Shown piece after piece: positions 41,896 through 54,965 of a stretch of 64,000 bases of DNA; the first letter of the stretch is position 1, and each line of letters opens with the position of its first letter. The notes under the pieces are model-generated. The model ran no database searches, was not told the origin of the DNA, and was given only the letters and a program-made list of their open reading frames with translations. Source of the stretch: Octopus sinensis (Eukaryota); NCBI RefSeq assembly GCF_006345805.1, contig NC_043008.1, positions 64,728,001 to 64,792,000 of the forward strand. Reading direction: 5' to 3'. The translations under genes were made by a program, and so were the position numbers.

Positions 41896-44088
41896 ATATC
41901 ACCTTGGTAGGTCTTGCTGAGGCAGCACATTGAACGCTCTCAGTCGAATAAGTCGGCCACAATACTTGTATTTTTACATCGGGTAATTATTTTGTGAATA
42001 ACTTTTGCCGAAACACTAATGTTAGATGAGAAGGTTACACTAGTTGTTGAGAAGTGGAAGAATAAACAGGGAGAGACGAAGGTATACATACACGTAGAGA
42101 CTGTGAGGGTAGAATGTTAATGACTAGTATTCATAAAAAGGGTAATAACTAATTGTCCTGCATCCTTGTCCTAGGGGCTATTCTACTAAAAAGTACGATA
42201 TAAATGAGGTTGGTGTATTTTAGAAAGAATTCAGAGGCTATTGATACAAATTGAAAACCGGGGTTATGTTAGAAAAATGCTAGGTAAATGCTGTAACTGT
42301 TCCTTGAAGAGGTATTATGATATTTTGAGAAAATTTGAAGAAATTTCTAGTCGAGTAAAAATGAAAATAGCAATTTGATAGCTTGGAATAGGACCAAATA
42401 CTGTAAGTTATTTCAAACGTTTTCCAAATAATGAAAGGAAGGAAACCGATTCAAGATGGGGGAGTGACGCCATTGTAATTTTGCATATGTTTTATATTGT
42501 CACAGTTTCTATTAATACTTTTACGTTGTTTTTCATGTAAACATGTTTGCATGATGGAGACTGGTTTCCTCCATATCTTTTTACTTGTTCTATTCCCTTG
42601 TCATATCTTTAATGATGTTCAGCTTCCCGAATTTCTGAAATCAGTTTTCATCATTCCTTTCATTTTTTCTTTTGTTTTAATCTTTTATTTTCTCAGATTC
42701 CAACTATTTTGATTACTCATCAGTTATTTATATAACTGTTACTCTTTGTATACATCACGTGTCCAAGTCAATGCAGTCCTTCTCTTCTGCACACTACATT
42801 TGATTTCTATAATAACGGTAATCTTTTCATATACACCGACATTATATGAACCGGATTATACCCATATCATTAAGTCCTGCCTTCATACATTCTCACTTAG
42901 TTGTGTATTAGAAACTCACTATCACACTTCATGCATCAGTATCATGACAATCTGCCTTTCAGGTGGTGAGGAAATCTGTTTGTTGATAACGAAGGTTATT
43001 CTTCCCTATACGTTTTATATTTTTCTTTCTCTGGCTAATATACTTTCGGAGTATCCTTCTACACTTCTATCACAATCAATCAACTATGTTAATTGAGCCT
43101 CTAACAAATAGAAAGAATTATTTATCTTTAGAGTACTCTTGCTGCTAATTACTCTTGTACATCTACAAATCAAGTCTTTCTTTTCTCTCAAACCGCCTGT
43201 GATCACACTTCCCTTCCTGTGCTACATAAGTTTACATTGAGAATAGTGTATGAAACGTTTTATGCTTTTAGTTCACTTTAAAATATTGGTTTAAATCTTC
43301 TCTATAATTAAAGTTTATACATAGTTGTTATCGGTATACATCGATCCACTCCCATGTCTAAGGCAATTACATTTAGTTAATTTACATTTAGTTCGTTTTA
43401 ATCATATTTTCATATTTAATTATGTTAGCGAGTATTTTCGTTACGATCGGAGTGCTTTAGTCATTTTTATGTGTGTTTAAGTAAAAAATATTCTATAAAA
43501 TATATTTTCTATTATTAAGGATTATATTCAAAAGATATTGGTCTACATTGTTTCATTCCAATACCGTTTTGTTTTAAGACGACAGAAGTCTGTTAAAATA
43601 ATATGATATTATGTTAGTTTACGTTTGGTTCGTTTTAATTCTTTCCTTGTTTTAAATGTAAATTATAGTTTCTTGGGTAGCAATAATGCCTATCGGTTTA
43701 AATTTTTTAATTAATCTTTATGATTATTCACTAGATTATTACTATCTTTCATTTTATGTATTGGCAACGTGTCTTTTCGACTAAGCTTAATAGATTTTGC
43801 TTAATATCTTTAGTTGCCAAGCTTCTTTTAACGTTCTATATTTTCAAGTCATACAATACTAATGTAGGCAATGTCCATTTGGAAGGTATTTCTGTTTTCA
43901 ATATATTATATTTTTAATTTCTGTGCTTTGATGTTGGTTTGTTTTTGTATTTTTAACAGTAAGTATGTGTAGACGTAATGGACACTTTACGCTAGTATTT
44001 CGCGCCAGCTTTTTGTCCATTAATTCCCAAGCGGCGTTTATGTTTATATCAGTGTTAACGCTGTCGGATGGAGTAGTACTGCTTTGGT

Positions 44089-44215
44089 GATATCCGGTAG
44101 ACAGCCGAGGATATCCTGTAGACAGCTGAGAATATCCTGTAGACATATGAGGATATCCTGTAGACAGCTGAGGATATCCGGTAAGACAGCTGATGATATC
44201 TGGTAGACAGATGAT
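44089..44215. repeat. 21-bp minisatellite, about 6 copies (gatatcctgtagacagctgag)
   Basis: Direct reading. Confidence 0.9.
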
Positions 44216-45174
44216 GATAGATGTATACATTTGATTTGCTTGTTGACTGTGAATATTTCATATCATTGTGTTGTCGTCCTACGTTGTAAATCATTGAAAT
44301 GTCATTAGCCGAAATTCTGCTTCTCGCGTACTTGATTAATGGTGTTTTTGTTGAATATACTATATCATTCAGTGATAGTGCGTAATTTGTCCTTCATAAG
44401 GATTCTAATCCTGGTAAGGATAATACTTATTTATGGGTTCGTAGTTAATAGAGATTTAGTTGCATATACATATACATTTTCCTCTAATATAATGTTAATG
44501 TTATCCTGTATCTTCCCATTACACGGCTCACTGTTCAGATTGATTTCCCTTACATATGATTATAAATAGTTACTTTGTATGTGACCCAGTTTATTGCATT
44601 ATACCCTCAGCTTTATGCAAATTTAACATCAGCATTATCAAAATTAAAATTAAGCATACTAAACACAGTAAAAAAGGTGGATTAAGAATTTATCAACTGC
44701 AAAAACATTTGCCCTGTGGAATATCTTGAAATTCTGGAATATTCCCAGGTTAAAAATTGCAGATCTAGAACCATTGTAGAAAAAATACTGTTACGAACTA
44801 TGCACTACATCACCTTATTTTCTTTGCCAAAATATATATTGTATTTCATCTACGGAATTATGATATGAAATCAAAGGTATCCTTTTGAACAGAAATAATA
44901 ATGAGATAATCCATATAAGGATTGGGTGGAAAAAATAAGATCCGACAATCATGAATTTTCTAAAGGCATTAGTTGCAAGAGAAGTAAAACCGACCTCGAT
45001 CATGAATTGAAACCGCCTATGTATTCCTTGAAGCTTATCAATAATCTACATTACAAACATTTTCAACGCCGGGAAAATAAAACGGCGCGGCGATCCATTC
45101 AACTGTAAATTTCTTGCTTTACGACGCACATCATTCACTACTTCAAAAATATTAGAGTTAGTTAACATACATAC

Positions 45175-45225
45175 CTGATATATTAGCTTTTCTGCTACAA
45201 TAGTTTTGCACATAATCTCATTATT
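45175..45225 (-). CDS. Candidate coding exon (NNEIMCKTIVAEKLIYQ)
   Basis: ctctcag acceptor, CAG|gtatgt strong donor, 51 nt phase 0 to 0. Confidence 0.45.
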
Positions 45226-45601
45226 CTGAGAGATCATATACTATATAAATATAGGAAAATGGATTATTTATGCAACCTCAACAATCCGATGCTGTTTACG
45301 CGTTGATCGATTGTTCTGCTCTAATCTAAGATTTAGAAGTCAGTAATAAAATATTATTTGCTTTGCAACATACAATCTTTGAGAATATAAAAGGTTAATC
45401 TTAATGCGAGAGAATTCGTATAGGATATATTAGTTTATCGTTATAGAAATAGTTGAGCTAGGGTATTAATTATCGTACAATCTTTAGTTTTATTGTTGCA
45501 GAGTGGTGGCAAGCTTAGAGTCAACACATACGATTCCCAGCGGAGATATTTCAGCTCCTTTCATAATAACATCCACAGTTAATATTATTACACTTATCTA
45601 C

Positions 45602-45688
45602 CCGAGTCAATATTATTTTATGATGGAGATCTGGCAAGTTATCTTGGACGTGACATGCAACACAAACATAAAGTTCTTCGAGAGTTTT
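45602..45688 (-). CDS. Candidate coding exon (KTLEELYVCVACHVQDNLPDLHHKIILTR)
   Basis: gtgttgtag acceptor, CGG|gtagat donor, 87 nt phase 0 to 0. Confidence 0.4.
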
Positions 45689-45818
45689 CTACAACACATT
45701 AACTGGTGTAGTATTATGCAAAATTTAGAGATTTACGTTCATTTCTTAATGACTGCGATCTCAAATACGTTAGGGATCTAATTTCCCATTCATTCTATTG
45801 AGGTTAATAGAGCTGTAC

Positions 45819-45924
45819 TTTAAAGCACTTCAAGAGTTCTGTTTGTAACATCGCTCCCTTAAAGGTGAAGCGTGTTAGAATTGGGAGAGCGACGGAGAAA
45901 GTGTATTGCACGAAGTTGTTCCAT
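45819..45924 (-). CDS. Candidate coding exon (WNNFVQYTFSVALPILTRFTFKGAMLQTELLKCFK)
   Basis: aaatag acceptor and weak gtacag donor; 106 nt phase 2 to 0 fits both neighbours. Confidence 0.35.
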
Positions 45925-46824
45925 CTATTTTATATTCTAAAATCAAATCTAGTCCATGTAGATTTCCAGGTTCAATAAAACAAATTATCATGGCCCCCTC
46001 CTTTATGTCTATGCCTGTATATTAGGTATTATGTTACCCTCCACTTAAAAATTTTAGTCTTATACCTAGGACAGAATATAATTGGGTAGCCTACCTTTTG
46101 ATTCATAAGGTTGAGTGCAGAGGTTATATATCTGAATGATAAGTAATAAATAGCTATCTAAAGACAGCTGCCAGGCAGTATGATGACATTTTGAATAGAA
46201 AAAGAGAAGCTAAAATGAGAAAACGTCTCAACAACAATGCTGATGTAAATGATGTCTATTGTTATTGATTAGAAATCAAAACTGTGTAGTAGTCTGTGTT
46301 TACTAGGAGATAATAATTTCTCTCGGGAGTTTAAAATTGCTATTGGAAGAAAGCCTCAAAATTATCTGCAAGAATAAATAGAATTGCGTGATAATCATGC
46401 CTTTCTGTGTTTATCAGGAGCATAAGGGAAATAAAAGGGTAATGAAATTTTCCAGTGTTGGCACTTCAGGCAATTCGAATCTAATAGGAATGATTTGTTA
46501 TTTAGGTATAATTCTACAAATGTACAGGAAAGGCAAATTAAATTATAGAACATGTTTCCCATGGCCATAACTCGATAAATGAAAGTTAGCGCGAAACAGA
46601 AACAAAACTTTAGTCAGAGAATCGACTCACTTTAATAGAGAAATGTTGAATATAAGCAAGAAATGGGTAATCTTAGCAAATAGTTTTAAGTAGTGCTCTA
46701 CTAAAACTGAACAACTTCATATTTTAATCCACAAAACTAATTTAATGGACAAGGGTCGACTAGAGCTGCGATGCTAAAGTTGCGATATTTCTACTTATTA
46801 ATAACCCAATTCTTTCTTTTCCAG

Positions 46825-48125
46825 TTAGGCTGGAATTTCACTGTTCAAGGAAAACTTCAAATGTAATTGGTAGCGACTCTTTTGAAAATGGATAAAATTT
46901 CGCATCGTGGTATTATCAATAAGGTGGCAAGCTGGCAGAAACGTTAGCACGCCGGTCGAAATGCTTAGCGGTATTTCGTCTGCGTTACGTTGTGAGTTCA
47001 AATTCCGCCGAGGTCGACTTTGCCTTTCATCCTTTCGGGGTCGATAAATTAAGTACCAGTTGTGCACTGGGGTCGATGTAATCGACTTAATACCTATGTC
47101 TGTCCTTGTTTGTCCCCTCTGTGTTTAGCCCCTTGTGGGCAATAAAGAAATACGTAATATCAATGGGCATTATCAAGGACATTCATACTGGCATGCTTGC
47201 CACATTGGAGGATGACATTCCAACTTTATCAACAGTGCAAAAGTGGGCAGCTGGACTAGGGAGGGATGAGAGAGTCTCGAAGATGACCCAAGGTCTGGAC
47301 ATCGCGCAACTAACTACCACCACCGAGAAAAACATTGATCCTGTTTACAGTATGCTTATGGATAACAGGCGGTTGACAAATAAAAAAAAACACTTCAATT
47401 AGTATATCCCGTGAGAGATTTGAGAATATTTTGCACAATGAATTTGTCATGAAGAAGGTCCCTTCTCCGTGGATGCTACGTCGTCTGACACGTGATTAAA
47501 AGCACACATGACTGATCAGATCATGGCAAAATCTGAGATTGATTAAAGTGGGTCAAGCTGGTTTCCTTGAACATTTCCTTAGTCAGGTTGTGTCCAGGGT
47601 TCATCACATGCAGTGGAAACTCCCCTCCTAACTTGTTTTACAGAAGGCTAAGGCCGTTTCATCTGCAGGGGAATTTAATTGCTTCATTCTTTATAGATGC
47701 AAAAGGCCTTCTGTTTATTATCTTGAAAACGGTCACAACATCAACGGGGTCGGGGAGCTCTATGCCACCTTCCTGAGGCAGATACGAAAGGCTGCCATAC
47801 CAAACGGCCAAGAAAACCGAGGAGAGGTATCTTGTTTTATGAAGAAAATGCTCTGGCACACAACCCATGGATTCCAATGGCTGTTGTGCGTGATTCTGGC
47901 TTTGCGATGGTTGATCATTTTCCCTATTCTCCTGATTTGACTCTATCTGAATATAATGTGTTAACCAACATGACAAAACATTTGACTGGAAACCAGTATC
48001 ACAGTGATGATGACGTCATATATGCTGTTGATGAAATTTTTAACGAACATGATGCAAGCTATTTCACCAATAGGATCCAACCACAGCAACACAGATAGAA
48101 GAGTTATGAGGGAAGCAAGATGAAG
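46825..48125 (+). mobile_element. Decayed mariner-like element (similar to 38.9-39.8 kb) interrupted by SINE B
   Basis: MDKISHRGII..TLSTVQKWAA..HFPYSPDLTLSEY..QYHSDDDVIYAVD. Confidence 0.8.
46923..47152 (+). mobile_element. SINE family B nested in mariner
   Basis: Close to consensus; possible TSD tatcaat at 46914-46920 and 47158-47164. Confidence 0.9.
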
Positions 48126-48132
48126 TATACTC

Positions 48133-48570
48133 TTCACTCTTTACTCTTTACTCTTTACTCTTTACTCTTTTACTTGTTTCAGTCATTTGACTGCGGCCAT
48201 GCTGGAGCACCGCCTTTAGTCGAGCAAATCGACCCCGGGACTTATTCTTTGTAAGCCCAGTACTTATTCTAGCGGTCTCTTTTGCCGAACCGCTAAGTGA
48301 CGGGGACGTAAACACACCAGCATCGGTTGTCAAGCAATGCTAGGGGGGACAAACACAGACACACAAACAGATACACACACACTTATATATATATATACAT
48401 ATATACGACAGGCTTCTTTCAGTTTCCGTCTACCAAATCCACTCACAAGGCATTGGTCGGCCCGGGGCTATAGCAGAGGACACTTGCCCAAGATGCCACG
48501 CAGTAGGACTGAACACGGAACCATGTGGTTGGTTAGCAAGCTACTTACCACACAGCCACTCCTGCGCCTA
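48133..48570 (-). mobile_element. Full-length SINE family C with (GAGTAAAA)n tail
   Basis: Intact head taggcgcaggagtggctgtgtggtaag, core and tail. Confidence 0.92.
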
Positions 48571-48867
48571 TGTTGAAAATAAATCTCATTTGGTGATATT
48601 TCATAAAGGTATCTTCTCATCTTAAGAACTTTTAAGCATTAACTATTTGTTTTATAAGATGCCAGGTAAAAGAAGCAGTGTATTTAAACCCTGCTGGCCC
48701 TTTCCCGCACAAGTGGAATGTATGTAGTTGAAGCTCATCTGTAATGAAAGGGCTGTAGAAAATTCATAGCAGTGCGAAAACTTCAGATGATTAGAACCAG
48801 GAGAGGATACAATAACATAATTGTTTAATGCAAAATTTCAATTTAAAATTTTAACGCCTCTTTATAC

Positions 48868-48975
48868 TTTAGAAAGAGCTGGAAGAAGGAAAGAAATCCG
48901 GGACGGCGGCAATAGTGGAAAGAATGTGCTGGTATGTTAATGGGTGCCCCCAACAAACGGTACATGAGAAACGTA
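48868..48975 (-). CDS. Candidate coding exon (TFLMYRLLGAPINIPAHSFHYCRRPGFLSFFQLFL)
   Basis: TACTAAC branch point upstream of catacag acceptor; 108 nt phase 2 to 2; a competing plus-strand reading exists. Confidence 0.5.
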
Positions 48976-49095
48976 CTGTATGATAGGCCCGTATTAAGTT
49001 AGTAGATATCATGTAAATAATCAACGTTGAAATATTTCTTGCATCTGTTGAGGAATTCTAGAAGTTTCTAAGCATTCTTGCCAATGTTATATATT

Positions 49096-49410
49096 CCTCT
49101 TTTCTTTCGCCCTTTTCAAGCCTAGCCAGGCTCATGGACCCGGTTTCCCGATTTATGTGGCGTGTGTGTTCCCCCAGCTGGACGGTACGCCAGTCCATCA
49201 CAGTGTTACTCAAGAAACAGGAAGAGAGAGTGAGAGAAAGTTGTGGCGAAAGAGTACAACAGGGGTCACCACCATTCCCTGCTGGAGGTTCGTGGAGCTT
49301 TTAGGTGTTTTCGCTCAATAAACACACACAGCGCCCGGTCTGGGAATGAAAACCACAATCCTCCGACCGTGAGTCTGCTGCCCTAACCACAGGGCCATTG
49401 CGCCTCCACT
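49096..49410 (-). mobile_element. SINE family A, tail type 2, with TSD
   Basis: TSD tgttatatatt at 49085-49095 and 49411-49421. Confidence 0.9.
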
Positions 49411-49422
49411 TGTTATATATTT

Positions 49423-50267
49423 CATGGAAAAATGCGAGCAAAAGAAATATTATTCTTAAGATTATGAACATGGAAAATTACAGGATAGATTATTACACTT
49501 GGAAAAGTTCAGGACAATTTATTACATCTGGTAAAGTACAGAACAAGAAATTTTTTACGTAAAATATTGCAGCTAATGATCAAATTTCAAATAAAATATT
49601 TAGATTCAGAAAATATTAGTTTTTATTAAAGCTAAAAATTTTATTAGAAGTTATTACTTCTATTTGTTATTACTTGTTACTTCAATTAAAAATTAAAAGT
49701 AACTCAATTAACAAAAACTTTTTGCACTTTAAAAAAAATCATTTTTTAATTATTAATTAATAATTAGAAATTTGAAAATAAGTTATAAAAAATAATAGTA
49801 GTACATAATTAGGTAGTACAATAGATAGAATAATACAAAAAATGGTTATATATCACAGTAAAATTTAACTATAACAACAAATTTACAGTAAAATTTGCTT
49901 GCCAAGTCTTCACATTTTTAGTCTTGAGCTAATGCCTATTTTTTACATAATGAATTTGCCTACCATATATACTATTATACTTTGCATAAGCCATTAGCTA
50001 TATTGGTACTTCTGACTTTCATTTTTTAAGTATTATAGTGTGTCAATATTTTTTCGAAAATGATGGTACCTTTTTTTAATTATGTTACTTTGTAAATCAA
50101 AATTAAATAATATTTAATATTCAAATTTTATCCTTAGCTGCAATATTTTCAGTAAAATTTTCTTGTCTTTACTTTACCAGATGTAATAAGTTGTCCTGAA
50201 CTTGTCCTGTAATTTTCCAGTTTTATAATATTAAGAATATCATTTCTCTTGCTCGCAATTTTCCATG
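49423..50267. mobile_element. MITE-like element with long (about 190 bp) imperfect TIRs
   Basis: catggaaaaatgcgagcaaaagaaat.. vs ..atttctcttgctcgcaattttccatg; AT-rich non-coding interior. Confidence 0.75.
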
Positions 50268-50596
50268 TAATCCATGTTTTTTTCAGGCTAAGCTATTATG
50301 CGGTGTCGTTAATAATTTTTTCCTTATCTCAATGACGCCAGTAACATATATAAAAGTAACCTTATAGAACTATATTCATAAAAACGTATAGAACTACATT
50401 ATCACCATCACATATGAGAAACAAAAACTATTTTCATTTAAAACTTCATTGCATGAAATTGATACCAGGAAATTCCTCGAATTGACCTCTATAATTTAAG
50501 CTTAATTAAAATGTAGTTTGCTTTTAAAATAAAAAAGTTACCTGTACTTAAATCCAATTTTTGCCTTATATTTTTTTCGTAACATTTTACCTCACA

Positions 50597-50757
50597 AAGG
50601 CGGTGAGCTGGCAGAATCGTTAACACGATGGACGAAATGCCTAGCGGTATTTCGCCCGTCGCTACGTTCTGAGTTCAAATTCCGCCGAGGTCGACTTTGC
50701 CTTGTGTATCTCATCGACTGGTCCCCTCCCCAAAAACTTTGTGCCTAGTGTAGAAAA
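50597..50757 (+). mobile_element. SINE family B, internally deleted, second tail type
   Basis: Head intact; jumps to gactggtcccctcccc..gtgcctagtgtagaaa. Confidence 0.8.
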
Positions 50758-50861
50758 TGGTATTGTAACCAACAATTAAAGAAATTTTTGTTGCATGCGA
50801 CCAAAACTATAAAATTCTTCATTATTTTTTCTAACATTGAGTGCTGGCGTTACTTACTCAC

Positions 50862-50957
50862 TGTAAACTTTTTTCTACTTCATCAAATCTCAATTTTTTA
50901 TGCCAAAATGTAGCTAGGGACAAGTTCTCTTCAAACATGTTAACAGTTTCAAGTTGG
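50862..50957 (-). CDS. Candidate coding exon (QLETVNMFEENLSLATFWHKKLRFDEVEKSL)
   Basis: ttcttag acceptor, ACA|gtgagt consensus donor, 96 nt phase 2 to 2. Confidence 0.55.
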
Positions 50958-51024
50958 CTAAGAACTCAATTAGCGACAAGCTATGAAAGATGCTGCATGT
51001 GAGCAAATGTTATTAAACTACTAC

Positions 51025-51200
51025 CCTATTTGAACGATAATAGATCTCATAAGGATATATAAACTAACGGAAGAATGTAAAGAAATTTTTCGTAATTGGA
51101 TTTCGAAAGACGTAAATGCTTCCTTCTTTCGGAACATTGCTGCCGTATTATTTTGTATTGTAGAAAGTTCTTTGAGTTCGCATGAGTGTCTTGAAGAAAG
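51025..51200 (-). CDS. Candidate coding exon (LSSRHSCELKELST..LYILMRSIIVQI)
   Basis: gtttcag acceptor; 176 nt open, phase 0 to 2; GG|gtagta donor; 67-nt intron to the next exon. Confidence 0.42.
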
Positions 51201-51468
51201 CTGAAACTAATTGGTAACACATTTCATCTTGGTTTCAAAGATTGTGGGTGTATTTACAAAGTGATGCTATATTAATATTTACTAAATATATGCCTGTAGA
51301 TAGGTTTACGAAGGTTATTCCTATCCCATGATATATGGTGATATAGAAACATGCTCACACACACACACATATATATATACACACAAACACATACATATAA
51401 CATACCGTAAAAGGATATAAATTTTAAAGATATACTAGTCTCCGTATCCTCTATTGATATATTTATTG

Positions 51469-51502
<34 letters not shown>

Positions 51503-51503
51503 C

Positions 51504-51816
51504 ATCACCGAGATCACCGAGACGGACCAAGCTATCAGAGTTGCTACACATCGCTGGCCACAATGCGCTTCGCATTGTTTTAGCCTTCAAATGACGCCAC
51601 CCCGCTGCCTAAGCGAGCAGACCAACAAGAAAAACAGTGAAAGAAAGTTGTGGCGAAAGAGTACAGCAGGAATCACCACCACACCCTGCCGGAGCCTCGT
51701 GGAGCTTTAGGTGTTTTCGTTCAATAAACGCTCACAACGTCCCGTCCGGTCTGGAAATCGAAACCGCAATCCTGTGACCGCGAGTCCGGTGATCTAACCA
51801 TTGATCCATTGTGCCT

Positions 51817-51818
<2 letters not shown>
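51504..51818 (-). mobile_element. SINE family A with a third tail type
   Basis: Family A head and body; tail ..ggcgtcatttgaaggctaaaacaatgcgaagcgcattgtg.. differs from types 1 and 2. Confidence 0.8.
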
Positions 51819-51885
<67 letters not shown>

Positions 51886-51931
51886 TACATACATACATAC
51901 ATACATAATACTTACATACAAGTATATATAT

Positions 51932-52310
51932 ACTAGCAGTATCGCCCGGCGTTGCTCAGGTTTGTAAGGGAAATAACTATAAAGCATTTTTAGAGAGTTA
52001 TAGCCAAAAACTAGGAAAAAAATGGAAAAAAATTATGGTAAATTTTTTTTTTAGTTAAAAAAGGTGGAGTTGCGTCCCCTAGACAGTTTGCGGTTTGTGT
52101 TTCTAATTCTCGACCCCATGTCGAATTTATCGATTTTTTTCAGAACTGGGGGAACTTTTCAAAATTTTCGCTGCGTTAGTTTTGAATTATGACATTGGGC
52201 TATGTGTGTGTCAAGTTTCATCAGAATTGGTTGAAAGCCGTGGTCAGGGTGAGGGTACAAGCAAACAGACACACAGAAAACGCACAGACAAACTGCCGTT
52301 TATATAGAGA
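51932..52310 (+). mobile_element. Non-autonomous Helitron-like element
   Basis: Same about 80-bp 5' end as 8352; different interior. Confidence 0.6.
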
Positions 52311-52326
52311 GAGATATATGTGCATG

Positions 52327-52370
<44 letters not shown>

Positions 52371-52383
52371 AACATATATACAC

Positions 52384-52455
<72 letters not shown>

Positions 52456-53025
52456 ACAAAAGGAATACATTTTCCATTTGAAATTAAAATACGTTCTCGG
52501 CAGTAATTCACTTAGTGAAGATCACAATAGATCAAAATTTCTAGAGAATATTGAAAAATATCCCCAAGCTAACATCGATTAAAATTTCTGAAAACGCTTG
52601 AACTAACGTATCAATTGAATGAGTTGTTTTTGTGGATAGACCATTACAAACGCGGTGAAACAATTCCAGCAATTGTGTGGTTCTTTTACTGCTTTCAGTC
52701 TTTGGACGGAAACAAAACTGCATCACTAATTGTAATGGATTTAGCCAATGAAATCATTTCAGCTATTTTATTGATCTAGCCATGGAGAAATGGTAAAAGT
52801 AATTTCTTCCGTAATTGGGCGTGGCTCTTAGTTTATTAAACACCTTAGAAAATGTTCGTTTCGAAACGCTGTTTTCCTCCACTCATTTTCCGCCACGCCA
52901 GACAATCAGAATATCTTTTCCGCAATGTCAGGTTAATTTCGGAGAATATGCGATTCTTAATATTATCGCTTATCTTCATTTGGAGCCGGTCTCATTTACT
53001 ATTAGATTACCAGCAGTAAATATTT

Positions 53026-53556
53026 TAGTTAGTTAGTTAGTTAATTTTTTGGCTCAAAAAGCAAAAAGCAAGGCCATGTAGGGGGACATGGAGTTATGTA
53101 CAGGGTGGTGTTCATGTTAAGAGTTCAGGCCACTTGAGGTCAAGGGAGACTTTGAACCGAGCGGTCGTCGGCATCATCACCATCTCGTCTGGCAGCTAAT
53201 TCCACGGATCTGCAACCCGGACGGAGAAAGCTCCTCTCCTTCGATTGAGATGAAATCGTCGCAGATAGAGCTTTTCGGAATGATCCCGCAGCCGACGCTC
53301 TGGAACAGGAGTGAAGAACAGTTATTTCGAGAGGTTACACTTTCCGCTTATGATGTTGTGAGCAAGAATGAGATCTCCACGGCGTCGTCGTTTTTCTAGA
53401 GAATAAAGGTCGAGCGTCTTCAGCCTTTCTTCATAAGACACATTCTTGAGACCAAGAACCATGCGGGTAGCCAGCTTCTGGACTCTTTCGAGATGCTGTA
53501 TGTCTTTGAGGAGATAAGGAGAAGAAGCTTGAATCCCATACTCCAATATGGGTGTC
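53026..53556 (-). mobile_element. 5'-truncated CR1 LINE, same family as 12.4-13.6 kb
   Basis: PILEYGIQASSPYLLKDIQHLERVQKLATRM.. plus shared 3' UTR and (TAAC)n tail. Confidence 0.93.
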
Positions 53557-53692
53557 AAGTGACGATAATCACAATAAATCACGAAGTAACACTAAATGCT
53601 ATTTAATATACCTACGTTGCTCTTTCTGTTCAAACTGCCGCCACTGGACTATCTGAGGTATTTCTTCCAGGATGTTTTAAGCCACACACACA

Positions 53693-53723
<31 letters not shown>

Positions 53724-53797
53724 TACACACACACACACACACACACAAACACACACACGCACACACACACACACACACCCACAAACACGAACACACA

Positions 53798-54170
53798 TCG
53801 CAGGGGCGGTTGCGTAGTTAGGTGCTTGCTTCCCAACCACATGCTTCCAGGTTCATTCCCACTGCGTGGGCCTTGGGTGGCTGAATCCTTGTGAGTGGAT
53901 GTGGTAGAGAGAAATTAAAAGAAGACCGTCGTATATATGTATATACATATATTTATGTATGTGAGTTTCTGTTTCTCTTTGTCCACCCTACACCGCTTGA
54001 CAACAGGTTTACGTCCTTTCTAACTTAGCGGTTTGGCAAAAAAAGCGATAGAATATGTACGAGGCTTTAAAGAAATTAAGTACTGAGATCGATCCACTCT
54101 AGTAAAAATTCCTCAGAGCGGTGCCCAGCATGACCGCAATCTAATTACTAAAACAAGTAACAAATAAAAG
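53798..54170 (+). mobile_element. Diverged SINE family C
   Basis: Head, core and tail landmarks present. Confidence 0.75.
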
Positions 54171-54262
54171 CTAAAAGATATGTACGTACATACGTTATAT
54201 ATATTATTTCATTCTTGTATTTGTTTCAGTCATTTTTCTGAGTCCATGACAGTAATAATAAT

Positions 54263-54294
<32 letters not shown>

Positions 54295-54619
54295 CGACGA
54301 CGACGACGACGACGACGACGATGATAATAATGATTGTGGTGGTGGGGGGACTAACTAGAACGTCACACATACTGAGAAGTGCATCGTCGCTGTGAATTTT
54401 CTTTCCTGTTTTCCCGTTTATTTTCTTTGTTTATTTCTCTTCATTTTCTCGTTTTTTCTTTATGTCTTTCTTCCCATTTTTTCTCTATCACAGAAGTTTG
54501 TAAATGAACAATCTGGTGTGTTGTTATTTTGGCCTACCACTGATTACAGTGGGTTTCTCTGCTCCAGGTGTCAAGAAGACACTCGGCAAGAAATGGAAAC
54601 AAAACTGAAAGATGACATT

Positions 54620-54631
54620 GATAATAATAAC

Positions 54632-54698
<67 letters not shown>

Positions 54699-54842
54699 GC
54701 ATATGGTTGCGATGCATGTGCCCAGTGTACCCTAATGAGACGGGTAGTCAAGATGGGTATACAGGGCTTCGTATATTTTACCCCAGTGTCACTTTGATGG
54801 CATGCACTACTCTCTCACTCAATAATAATAATAGTAATAGTA

Positions 54843-54875
<33 letters not shown>

Positions 54876-54876
54876 G

Positions 54877-54916
<40 letters not shown>

Positions 54917-54965
54917 TAATAATAATAATAATAGCAACAATAAAAGCAACAATGATAATAATAGC
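54620..54965. repeat. (AAT)n tracts flanking a 125-bp retroposon-like tail fragment
   Basis: Direct reading; fragment 54697-54820 ends in an AAT tail. Confidence 0.75.

Noticed and set aside
48644-48752. Open minus-strand segment PFITDELQLHTFHLCGKGPAGFKYTASFTWHLIKQI
   Set aside because: Acceptor fits phase 2, but the only donor (gttaat, phase 0) is weak and conflicts with the next phase-2 exon; unresolved.
52500-53020. Protein-like text on both strands next to the CR1
   Set aside because: Stops in every frame and no splice combination fits the chain; could be an old TE or an unmodelled exon.
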